Origin: Hydrolagus colliei
Lineage: Eukaryota
Direction of reading: 5' to 3'
Assembly: GCA_035084275.1 (NCBI GenBank)
Contig: CM068764.1
Span: forward strand, 5,022,001-5,086,000
Length of the DNA: 64,000 nt
The translations under genes and the position numbers were made by a program. Below are positions 51,516 to 64,000 of the stretch, piece by piece; positions within the stretch are counted from its first letter, which is position 1, and every line of letters begins with the position of its first letter. A model generated the notes under the pieces. The model did no database searches, was not told the origin of the DNA, and saw only the letters and a list, made by a program, of their open reading frames with translations.

Positions 51516-53554
51516 GGAAGGTTTAGGCTCTTGCCGACTGAGAGGAACGTGAAGCTCGCTGAAACAGTCTTATAAAACCCCCGAAGAAGCATCAGGAAGA
51601 GCGGCAATAGATCATTGTGAATTAACCACACGGAACGCACAATCTCATCAACTGGGGCTGAATCTCGCTATTTCATTTTCCAATCCATTATCCATTTCAG
51701 AAATTGCTGATCCCAATCTCCGCACAGGACTACCCTGGTTAACCATTTGATGAATGCCAATACATGTCTAACATGTCTTAATCAACGAGTCAGGTGTTTC
51801 AACAAAGACTGCAGGCAAGAAGTTCAAAGCATTTCTTAACATATCTCTGGTAAAATTAATAAGCAAAAAGTGTTTTTCACACACAAGTCAAACGACATGT
51901 GCAATACACCAGTGACTGCCAAAGCAAACATTCCAATGCTGTATCTCTCAAAAGATCCATCTCTTCACTCTTGTTATGGGGAATTTCTACTTAATGAGGT
52001 CCTTTGAAGGTCGTCCCAACCATAATACGAGTGATTAAAACCGGTTTAATGGAGACCTAAACGGAGAGATGAAATGGAATTCAGCTAAAGAAGATTAAGG
52101 GGAAAAAAAAGATGAATAAGAGGGGGGGGAAAAAAAATGTGTGGTCTATTGCACAAAGCCCAGACGTTGTCCAGCATTTGGTTTCCATCTACAATAATGG
52201 TTGCTTGAAATACACTCAGAATAGACTGTTTATCGTTTTCTTATCGCAACATTAAAAGGATTCGAAATCTTTATCTACGCCACAGCAAGCCTGACATTTT
52301 AAGGGGCTGCTGTTATCCCAACTCACATATGGGAAAAATATCAAAACACAAACAGTCTGGAGGAAAGCCATCAACTGATACCACAAAAATAGAAAGAATT
52401 TCAGAGGATTGGCGTGCATTATCTCAGGTTCTTTTTCATGACTACAACCGATCAAGTGTGTACGAAAGATGGATTTTTATCTCTAAAGTGCGTCACGAAT
52501 TTATCAAAGCGCCGTGGGCTTTAACAATCTTTTTTCCCCGTCATTTTTCCACTCTCGTTTTAGACCCGTCTCTCTGCGTCATGCACAGGTCTGTGGTCAG
52601 AATGAGACGCAATCTACTTGGAGGAGTTTGCCAATGCTTCTTTGTGAGCGGCCACCAAGAGCTGTGCTGGATTGACTCTCCTTTGCCCAAGGAAAATACC
52701 TCACTGCAATCAGCACTTCCTCCGCACAAATCAGCAGAGACCCAGGCATTCGTTCTGCGGAGAGTAGCGGAGCCACTAAACACGGGACGAATATTTTAAA
52801 CCCATTACAGGCGGTTAAAGTACAATCAGATACCATTTCTGTGCCACAGTGGGCCACTGCATCAAACAGAACTCTATTCAATAAACAATATAATGCCACC
52901 CCCACCACCACCTACACCTCTTATAACTAGATAGTTGGAACTTTATGAAATGCCAATCAGGATTATAACATGCTTGATCACTAGTCAGCTTCTTCATTCC
53001 CCAGAATCATAGAATTTTTCAGCCCAAAAAGAGGCCATTCGGCCCACCGAGTCTATGCTGGCTGTTTGAAAATAACTATTTAAAGTCAATCGCACTCCCC
53101 GGCTCTCTCTCTCTCTCACTCTCCCCCCATAACTCCACAAACCCTGTGCTCGCTTCCCAAGCTAAAAAAAAGTCGACTTCCAGGCCATTGGGATGGCATC
53201 GACATCACTTCCACATTGCAATATTATCAATAGCATTATTATTGTTTTTATTAATATTATTATTATGGCCCGCCAATGTTTGGAAACAAACCAGCCAGCC
53301 TTGTATGTTCATTTTAGCAACGTCACTTGAAGTGCTTTGAGAAGCCAAGACCTTATCTCTAGGAGCTGCAGGAAATGCCACGAATGCAACTCGTGATAAA
53401 TCGCCAACAATGGCGACTTCGCCAGGGCTGGAAAAGAACCGAGGAAGCAAAACCAGTGTGTTTGCAGCCAAATTGATCTGACATCCTCAATAAAGCTGGA
53501 TCTGCTTGAGCTGTAACATGGGGGAGCCATGAACTTGGCGGTGCTGGCTCGTTA

Positions 53555-53695
<141 letters not shown>

Positions 53696-55208
53696 TTAAA
53701 ACACACATCGAAGAGACACCCGTTCACCATTCCCGAGCTATTTGGGGGGGGCCCGAGCACGCTAAATTAGAAGCAAAAATCTGTGCAGCCGACTTGAGCT
53801 GAGGCATCGCTGTCCATCTGTATCACATTAGACTCCGATGATATTTTAACGTAATTAAATGTCAAATATGATTTATAGAAGTGATGCGGTGCCCCACACT
53901 GGAACACACCCATACATCAACGTTATGTAAACGAAAGACAACTGTCTTGTCTTTTTTTGGCTCATTGTAAATTGCACTGCATTAACAGAAACCTACGAAG
54001 GGATTAATGGGATTCTATCTTGCAGCTGCTCTCGATACAGCCTGGTACTGTTTAAAACCAACTGCCCACATTGGGATATATCCCACAGAAATCCATTGAT
54101 GAGCACGGACTCTTTAGCTGAATCAACTCGAGAGCAGAATCATAAATATTCATTTATATAATGATACCCAGCCACGTTTTTAACTGTTTCCGCCCTGTGA
54201 ACAATTCTCCTGCTCTCTCCGCACCAGTTGCTCTTGGGGGTGTCCATGTTCTATTGACCCACAGTTATAGAGAGAGGAGGGGTGGGTGTGGGGGGTGGGG
54301 GAGAGGGGGGAGGTAGGGATGGGTGGAGTTTCTTTCTGTGCCCTGACCAACGTTCCCAAGATAGAATTCATTTTGTGGCTGTTTGGGGGACATTGCTGTA
54401 ATCGTCCTGGCTGGCATATCTGTCTACCGATACACAGGAAAATTGTGAATCCGTTTTGACGTAATCCATATTGAATTTTCCTTGCATTTGATATTGCACA
54501 TTATCACATTGTCAAGATGTCTCAAAGCGCTATCACAGGATATGCAATAAAATGGATTGATCTTCTATTTTGTGGGCAAACGTAGCAACTAATTTGCACA
54601 CAGCAGCGTCCGACAAACAGCCACAGAGTGAGTGGCCAAAATTTATTTGGGGATGGGGTAGAGGGGGGAAGTTGTTGGTCAGGATATTGGGAGAAATTAT
54701 CTTCTCTATATCAAATGCTAGAATGATTATTATGCTTGCTATTAATATTTAAATTTTCCAAAACAAAATAGCTTTTAACCATCTAATCATGTAATTTGGT
54801 TCTAAACTGATTAAAGACAAACTGAACTGTGGCAGGTTGCCAGTGTGGCTGGCCAGTTCAACTTGCTTTAGTGCAGTATGCAGTTCTTAAACCATTTCTG
54901 CACCACACAATGTAGCACTTGTTTGCGTCTCACGTCTGGAACTCGCTGCCTCAGTCCCTCCAGCTCTTTAAATTCCACCTTAAAACACACCTCCCTAGAG
55001 TCACATTTCCCTCTCCCCTTCTCCCTCACTCTGTGCCCAACCCCTCTCTTCACTGTGAAGCGATCAGAGACTTTATTCTGTAAAGGGCTTTGAAACGTCT
55101 CAACGACGTGAAAAGGCCCTATATCAAATGCAAGTATTATTATAATTATTTATATTAGAGGAAGCGCGCTATATAAAAGCAAGTTGCTATTGTTCTGTTG
55201 GCTACTTA

Positions 55209-55355
<147 letters not shown>

Positions 55356-56323
55356 TCAAGTCTCCCAAATTGTGGGCAATCATACGTTCAGCCTTAATTC
55401 AGAAGCCAATCTTCCACAAATTAATCCTCCCAAATTAATAATTTTTTTTAAAAAATCAGTCTCGGCTGAAAGTTAGAGACAAGACCGTTTTATAAGCAGA
55501 GTTTCGGTCCAACAATTTGGGACCGGAATTTGACCAACGAGATGGTCTTACTCAGTGGAATTTTGGCTGTAATCCCTTCTCCGCAGTTAAACAGCAGGCC
55601 GACAAGCTCGATCGCACTTGGACAAATGGCCACTTGACAAGGTACTGAGAGTTTGCCAGCGTCGTCCTATAAATCAAGCTTTTTAAGGGGAGCGATGGGG
55701 AGAAAACTGGAAGCAAATTTCATTGCTGTTTGTTCCTCAGGATTTTTGTTTGCTTTATTTTCTGGAAGCGTCTTCGCAAAGTATTCCTGCTGCAAACTCT
55801 GCAGGTCCAGAGTAACGTCGAGAGCCTCGAACCTGCGAATTGGATGATTGGATTCCCAACCCCATTTGCAAGATACAATATATTGTGCCACATGGCCACA
55901 TTCCAAGAATCACAGGCTGCTTGGAGCAGGTGCTACAGGAGGCTTGGCAAGTTGTATAATCGATTACCAGCGTAATCTCACAAACTAAGGACAAATAATT
56001 ATCTCATTATTAATTACGGGTTCCTCACTAAAAGCTGCCATAGTAGCAGAACATCTCTTGCAGAACATCTGGATGATGCTCTGAAGTCCCTATTAATTGT
56101 TTGTCACAGTTTAGCAAATCATGTCCAACTTCTGTAAATAGATCCTAATCATTTTATACACAAGTGACCACTCCTTTCATACCTCTTTCTAGCACATATA
56201 CTCCATTAAAATTGGTAGATCAAGGCTTTGTGTTTTGTTGCAGATCCTCTTACTCAAGTTTATTTGTCTCCAGTGCAACAGTTCAGATGAGAGAGAAGGA
56301 ATCAGACTATTTTCAAAAACTTA

Positions 56324-56461
<138 letters not shown>

Positions 56462-56647
56462 TTAAGGTAGAGCATCTGGTCTGAGCCAGAGGTATACAGC
56501 GCCATTCACATCAGGGGGATGTCTCAAAGAGATTGGCACTGCTTGGTTGGGCACCCGAGCTGGGACACAGAGACTGGGAAGGGAACGATGACTGAAAGAA
56601 CGCTCAAAGAGGTACATCTTGAAATCAATACATTAAATCAATCAATC

Positions 56648-56981
56648 AGCTCCTGTGGCTCAGTGGTTAGTTGTCTTGCAAGCTGGGGAGACCAAGTTGG
56701 GGAGACCTGTGTTCGAATCCAGGCAGGTCAGGGCGAAACCTTGGGCAAGTTTCCTTACTCCACACGCCTAATAATAATCCCTCCAAAAAAACCACAATAG
56801 TAAAATTGGTCATTTCAATCCATGACTGTGTGTGGGACACTGCTGTGCGCATATGGCTGTCGCGTTTCGCCCACAAATATATACAGTCAATTCACTTTAC
56901 AGTATATTCTGTGAAGCGCTTTGGGACGTTGATAAAATGTGGAAAGCGCTATATCAAATGCAAGGATTATTATTATTATTA
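56648..56981 (+). mobile_element. Full-length tRNA/L2-tail SINE (duplicated-head subfamily)
   Basis: caagctggggagac-caagttggggagac duplication; consensus body and tail. Confidence 0.92.
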
Positions 56982-59804
56982 TAGACTATGGTTTGAAACG
57001 GTGCATAATAAAGAATACAACTGTTTTTTGGATGAGATCACAATTAGTTTATGTTGAAATTGAATTATAATGTTTTGAAGCTCGTGATTTTTACATCTTA
57101 CACAACAGTCCCGACTTACCACTAATACTGATTGCTCTGAAATATTCTCATCTGGACAGACAGAAGAGCAAATTGCTGTAATTCTTCCCTTACCTTTTTG
57201 TAGTTTACAAGACTTATTTAAGAATGATAGTTGTGTTCGGCTGTCACAAGAAAGGCATTTGTTAAGGCCATTACTGGTGTGATGGAATGCAGAAAATGGA
57301 GTGTTTGCCCATTAAAATCCTTCAGCACACAGTTCTGGCAATGCTTTCTGGCATTCCGATACTAAACAAACCTTAAATGTTAATTACAAGGAAAGTCCAA
57401 GGCCCAAGTTAAGACCACTCAATGAAAAAGGTAGATATTAGCAGCCTAAGAACAAATATATGCCACCTACCCAATAAAAGTTCTTGGCTTAGCTTAAAGC
57501 ATCTCGTAGCAATAAGCAGCAAATACAGTAACTCAACATTGCACTTCGATCTAACTACAGTATATCAATGTCAATGGATAACACACATTAGGAATTTATA
57601 CAGCATGTGGTGTGCTCGATCGCATTGTGCTACGGTCATAACTTCTGCGGGTAGTTTAATGGCCGAGTCCTAATACTCTAATGAAACATCCAATAGCACT
57701 CTGCTTCAGTGGCTCAAGCTTTAAAAGTCACCACCCGCAAACAGTACAGACTTAAACCAGCAAAGAAGCATTGGTCTCGGCCAAGAAAATCCAGGATCAC
57801 CCTACCTGACATCCATCAAGTAATCCCTTTTGGAAAGTGCATGTCAAAATCAACAGAGGTCTCAACAGAGGGATGGCCTCCAGAATAAAACCCATCAACA
57901 CTCTATTGCGTAGCCCCAAAGATGAAGAAACGTTATTTAAGGCAGGTGCTTGGTGTAATAGATCCCATACCCTACCCTAACAATTGGTGAAGTCACCTTG
58001 ATTGACAAGGAACGTCCAAAGTACCGGAGGGCGCTCAATGCTATCTGGGAAACTTTAACGTTGATATCGGCATTTTAAGGGGCATTGGAATTCTAAACGT
58101 AATCCAATAAAAAAGTATTTTTTGTTACCAAGGTGTGTTTGGTGGATGGTACAAGCCAGGCCAAATCCAAGCTCACTCACAAAATATAAATGTTTGCAAA
58201 TGAAAACCTGCAATCGAGTGGTTAAGGTACCTGCCTGACAAGCTAAAAAAAACATCTGCTGGCTCAATGTCAGCTTTCTGTTATTAATTAACTGCAAACG
58301 GTTTCATTTGATGTTTACGTTATTGTGGCAGGGACCTAGTCACCGACAATGCTGCTTCCGATACTGTCTACAATCCGGCAGGTTGGTTATGCCCAAATCC
58401 TTCTAAAAACAATCGAAGATGAAACTTGAATCACTGGAAAAGCAAGTAGTCTAAACAAGCAAATGCACAGCTTTGACTTCCACTGATTCCCAGTGTGGAA
58501 AATCTCCTTTTGCCTTTCCTGCTCCTCATTCAGTTCGGTGCATTGAAACCTACATAAATCCCAAATACACTCGTATCGCTTGCAGTTGATTTGCATTTCG
58601 TTTTACAATGTTATTTTCCAGTGAGAGGATCCTGTATTTATTACTGATGCTCATTATCTGTGTTGCTCATTGCGCCGTAACCAATTTTATGTACCAGCTT
58701 CGTTGGCTGAATGGATTAGGCAGCACCAAACATACTGATGAAATTAAAAACTCATTTCCTACAAAGTAAAAAGCGGATTATTGTAGGCTCTCAAGTGTAC
58801 TCAACTTGCACTTTTTGAACAGTGATCAGGAATGTCAACAGCAAAGGCCAGCTGGCTGTGGAATTTAACATATTCGCAAGACCTCAAACCCAGATGGCTG
58901 CCACTCAAACAATAAGGAACACTGTTGTGTCTCAAACGCTTAACCACTTCAGACATGTGGCTGTTTATTGAAGGATTCCAGAGCAAATGACAAGCATGTG
59001 ATCTGAAGCCGTATTCACCGTACTTTGATAGGGGATTCAAGCAACTACTGATTAACACAAAACACAACGCAAAGCCCACTGCGCTGACCAGTCAACAAGA
59101 GTTAAATTGAATGGTTGGCTGATCAAAACATTCATGCTATGAGGAATGAGGAATGAAGCAATGAGGTCTTCTGAGACCTCGAAAGACTACGTTTGAGCCT
59201 GTGAAGGAAATTGGGCAGATCTGAAGTTCGACTGGGGAATCACCATCATCCCCAGTGGTGGATGCCCACGGGGGCTGTGTAATGAGGTCATCTTGTCAAT
59301 GCGCTCTACAAGGCCAAATTGTCATTTGAGAAGTAAATCTACAGGAAATCACTGGAGCCTGAAAGAATGTTTCTAGAGGGGGAGGACGTTTAGGAAGGGA
59401 GTACTGTGCTTCTCTCTCCCTACTTCCCTCTTGCCCACCCCCACCTCATGGCATTTGATTAGAAGCCACGTAATTAGTCTCCGAGCTGTTGAGTCACGTA
59501 AGTTAACCAATTTACCGTTAATGACCTACTTTAAGTCTCCTGCTTGAATGAACAGATGCTTTAAAAAAAAATTAAATCCCATTGATTTTCCGTACAATTT
59601 AACAGTGCCAACAGTAGAGTTTTCCCTCGTGAAACTTACATCTCCTTAATGACTTGAAATGTACTCCTGCTCAGCAAACCCTACTGTGTGAGAACCAAAC
59701 GAGCATTCCTTAGCCCCAGCCACAAAGTACTTCCCCAAAAAACAACCTTCCTCCCCGAAAACCTTGCTTTCTTGCTATCATCATTTCGTGCACATATAGA
59801 GTGG

Positions 59805-60082
59805 GCAGAGCCTGGCAAGTGAGAAACCTGGTTTCGATTCCTGGCCGGAGCGAAACATTGGGAAAGTTTCCTTGCTCCACACACCCGATAATAATCCCTC
59901 AACGAAATAAATTTCAATCCACGATTGTTTGTGGGACGCTGCTGTGCGTGGTTGGCTGCCATGTTTCGCACACAAATATACAGTCAATTCACTTTCCAGC
60001 ATATTCTGTGAAGCGCTTTGAGACGTCTAGAAGGCATGAAAAGCAAATATCAAATGCAAGGATTATTATTATTGTTATTATA
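59805..60082 (+). mobile_element. tRNA/L2-tail SINE
   Basis: Consensus match; head degraded. Confidence 0.85.
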
Positions 60083-61464
60083 TTTAGAAGGTACCATAAT
60101 TTGACAGATGACATCCAGGCTTTTAACGCATCCTTCTTGGGACACTGCTAGAATCCCATCGCAGATTTGTACAAGTCATTTTAGTCTCCACATGAATCGA
60201 AGCAAATCATATTAATATTCTCTAATAAAGCATTCTCGCAATGCAGAGCAGATGGCAGTGATTTTGATCTATCTGCCAGTATCATTACAGGAGATATCAT
60301 TATGTCAGTGCAGAAATGTTCTTTAACATTAAATAAATTGCCTGAAGGACATATTTTTGGACCCTTTCCCATTCTATTGGCCTGTGGTGGAAATGTATGT
60401 ACCATTTACCCAAATAAATTCTAAGGCATTGACAGGCACCAATGCTGTATCATCTGCATCCCAGCTCCAGCATCTACTTGCTTGAAACACCAGAGTGGTA
60501 TTTTAAGATGGATTAATTGCCTCTGGAAACTCAAGAGATATGTGCAGCCATATTCTGTTCCATGAAGCCGATCGACTGCCAGGCAATGCTCAAATGCTCT
60601 TGTGTTTTGGCGCCGGGTAACCATCACATTGGATAGCGCCTCAGAGCGCTTTCAAATGCCTGGGTCGGAGGCTGAGCAGGGGAGAAACGAGGGGAGAAAG
60701 GTGGGGAACAGAGAGAAAGCTAAAGAGGGGTAAACTTGGGTAGACTTTCCACCGAAATCTATACTCCCAACAATAAACCTTCGGATATGCAGCAAGTATG
60801 CCTGTTTGTGGGAGCGGGAAATCTGCTTTCTACTATTGCCAGTGTTCCGATCGTCAATTACAACCCGGTACCGCTCAGGCTCATCTGGTTTAAGTGTAAT
60901 AACATCCAGTTTAATAAAATTCTCCACCATCAACTACCATCAACGAGTGGAAATTACCTAAACCATGGGACACCAGAGACATTAGGGCCACGTGGCTTCT
61001 TATCAGAAAGCTAGATCGAGGGCTAGAGGGGACCTTCACATGAAATGATCGGAAAGCAAACTGCAGGGGATGAGATCCTCAGGCTGTACAAGAAAAACAA
61101 ACTCTCACAGACCTAATCCTCTGCAATTAGAATTAAAACCAGGGCTTTTCAGCTCCATAAAAATACTGCCCATCCCTTGGGGCGATACAGTCGCCACAGG
61201 TGCAGTAAGAATGCTGACTAAGGAAAGCTGCACAAATACTTTAAAGAGCCCACAACTCATCAGAATACAAGGTGCTTTCATTGAAAATGCATGGGTTTCT
61301 GTTCAGCGTCGATTAGCAATCGTGCTTTCTCTGTATTATGAGAGTTTAGGAGCATCTCGTTGCAGCTCATAACAATCTTTACATCTTCAAAGGTCACAGA
61401 GGGAAGTGTTTGTTAAAAAATAAACATCGGCACAAAAGCTCTTTTCAATCATCTAAAATCCACC

Positions 61465-61845
61465 ATCCTGTAGCTCAGTGGTTAGAGCACTCGCCTCGCA
61501 AAAAAGCGAGGGGACCTGGGTTTGATTCCCTTCAGAGTGAAATGTTGGGGTAGTTTCTTCACTCAACACATCTGTTTACCGAGCTGTAAGTAGGAATCCG
61601 GTTGTTAGTGAATTGGCAGATTGCTTTTCCGGAGGTAATAATCCCTTGAACAAACAAATAAATAAAAAGGAATAAGAATCTGGTCGTTCAATCCACACAG
61701 ATGTGTGTAATTGGCTGCCTTGTTTTGCCCACAAAACATACAGACAATTCAGTGTACGGTACACGGTGTGCAGCACTTTGAGAGGTCTCGAAGATGTGAT
61801 AAAACACTATATCCAATGCGAGGATTATTACCATGATTATTATAT
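61465..61845 (+). mobile_element. Diverged, longer tRNA/L2-tail SINE variant
   Basis: tcctgtagctcagtggttagagcac head; extra internal segment (tttaccgagctgtaagtagga...); consensus tail. Confidence 0.8.
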
Positions 61846-63779
61846 TTTTACATAGGAAAGAAAACTTATTGGGACAGATGTACTTCAAAACGCAGTCCTC
61901 GATCTTTAATTATAGCTGAGAAAAGAAAACGCTCATTACCCCGTGTGGAAAATGACTGAAGGAGCGATGTAATACAGTACCAACGAACCAGCCTGCTCTG
62001 TGTGCGCAGGAAATGCATTCCATTGAGTGGGATTTTCCACATTCTCCAGATAAAGGAGTGAGACAGCCACAAAGCCATAACCAACATCGAAGAATGTCTG
62101 ACTGCGAGATTCAGACGGACGACAGCAGGATAATAAAGCAGTCCATCCTGTTTAAAGGTTTGTGAGCATTTGGCATTCTGGAACTCATATGCATTATTAC
62201 ATATATATATTTTATACATGGTATATATATATGTGTGTATACACTCACACACAGGAAAAAATTAAACAAGGAGACACAAATGGACATTTCATTTGATGCC
62301 CAGTTAAACAACATTCCCTGATACACACTTTTTGACCTATTGATTGCGAAAGCCATGAATTTCCTGAATTCCTTCAAGCCACATACTTACCAGTCGGCAG
62401 CTTCAAGTGGTCGGGCGGCCAAATTACAAAGAGCTCTCCATTAAAAACATTACATTTTCCAGGGAAGGAATCACACTTAATGACCAAGATTCCCCTTTTG
62501 TGCGGCAACATCTAACTTCCAATTTTTACCTCTTTTCTTCTGCTCCACACCCCTTTCCTCTCCTCCCACTCACCAAACCCCACCATTTCAACTTTTTCAT
62601 CCCAAGAGCTCACTCACACTCTCTCTCTCTCTCACACACACACACCAGCAACTAACCAACCAAATAAAATGCAACTGCAATAACTTAGTTAATACATCCA
62701 TGACTGTATGTGGGACACTGCAGTGTGCAATTGGCAGCAGCGATTCACCCACAAAATATAGAGGCCATTCACTTTACTGTATATTTCTGTGAAGCACTTG
62801 GAGACGTCTCAAAGACGTGGTAAGGTGCTACATCAAATGCAAAGATTATTATTGTATAACCTCCTTCAACAAAGGGCACATCTGATCGCTCTAAACCTCC
62901 GTCTCCACAGCTCAGACACCAATGCCGCTGTGAGAGACCGATCCTGAAGGTTAAATATAGTATCAGATTTTTCTCCTCAAAATCAAGCTGCTGTACATCA
63001 AGGCACCAGATAGACTCACCCACCGGCAGCACTTTTGGTCCTCTGTCCACTGACTGTTTGACGAATCAGTTTCTTGCCCTGAAAAGCCCTCCCAACACGA
63101 CTCTGAGAAATACACGTTTCACGTTTTCCCCCCTTTGCTTCTTCCCTCCCCCCCACACCCATCCTCCCTCAACAACAAACGCTAAAAGCAAAAAGAGCTC
63201 ACTTCGAATCACAGTTCATCCTCTTTACAAACTGCATGCGATTCCCAGAGATATAAATCAAAAGGAATTTTCAGTAACTTTGAACTACAAAAACAGATAC
63301 CTTCTCGGTTATCCTAATTTATGGTTTGGAATCGGCACTAAAAAATAGACGCCAAGGTGAGGTACACAGAGAAGCGGGTTCAGCACATACAGTACAATTT
63401 GATTTGCATTGGCCATAGGTAATCTCATTGGAAAGAGTCGAATGAGGTGGATTCATCCCTTAAAACAATTGAACAAAGATAAAAACATTCTGTTACAAAC
63501 AAATGCTACAAATCAAATGCTTTTCGAGTTCAGATTTCCCCACATGCTGAGTACGTGGCAAGTGTATGTTTGGTTTTGATTAATTCTGTAATTTGATAAG
63601 TGAGCAACAAGGTTTTTTTCAACAGATAATAAATGCGCACATCATTCCAGCATCATTCAACAAAAAAATACTCCAGTCTTCCAGCAGTGCAGGAACTCAC
63701 CTCTTATTATTCTAATGATAATAATAATTCTTACATTTAGTACAGCGCCTTCCACATCAAGACAACGTCTCAAAAGCAC

Positions 63780-63829
63780 GTTACTGGATATACCGTAAAG
63801 TGGAGTTACTGGATATACCGTAAAGTGGA
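63780..63829. repeat. Perfect 25-bp tandem duplication (gttactggatataccgtaaagtgga)x2 inside a SINE tail remnant
   Basis: Seen directly. Confidence 0.9.
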
Positions 63830-64000
63830 TGAAATGACAGTACAAATTGGAGTAAGCTGCCCTCTGATTTTCCCTCTGCAACACTCTATCACTACACTGT
63901 TATGAAGTACCAAGGAGAGTAGGTGAACACCAGATTTTATGGTCGCAAGCATGTCAGTAAATGCTGGTCCACAGGTGCAGAAAGCCAAAAAAATATTTAG

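Noticed and set aside
56671-57057. Recurrent ORFs containing [13 protein letters not shown] / FTVYSVKRFETS
   Set aside because: Translations of the SINE consensus, not a protein family.
62383-62400. U1 snRNA 5' end (atacttacc)
   Set aside because: The match stops after 9 nt; it is simply a consensus donor site on the opposite strand.
63020-63078. Candidate for VPS53 exon 4 (IRQTVSGQ looks like IRTVVRGQ)
   Set aside because: Length and phase do not fit (59 nt), and identity is far below that of every other exon. The real exon 4 probably lies beyond 64000.

Overview
Vertebrate genomic DNA, most likely a cartilaginous fish and probably a holocephalan (chimaera/elephant-shark type). That assignment is inferred from the repeat families, not proven. 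The whole window lies inside one minus-strand gene, VPS53 (GARP/EARP tethering subunit). I traced 14 consecutive coding exons (human-equivalent exons 5-18, 56437 down to 8592, 1724 nt spliced); all have GT-AG sites and compatible phases. Exons 1-4 and 19-22 were not found and presumably lie outside the window. The introns are dense with retroposons: many copies of a tRNA-head SINE with an L2-type (TTA)n tail, older Deu-domain SINEs, L2 3' fragments with (TTG)n tails, CR1 fragments, and one young 2.7-kb CR1 whose ORF2 has a single stop. Nearly all other ORFs in the supplied track are noise. I see no convincing new protein-coding system. The best leads are non-coding: alternating-orientation SINEs bracketing exons 9, 10 and 11 (possible competing RNA pairing or circRNA); an isolated 106-nt hairpin in intron 17; a same-strand cluster of eight TGGAAA motifs plus an octamer in intron 16; an exact 23-bp sequence duplicated 880 bp apart; and visible SINE domain shuffling. 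Exon coordinates were read base by base. Repeat boundaries are approximate (about +/-10-20 bp), and repeat family names come from memory, not a database search.
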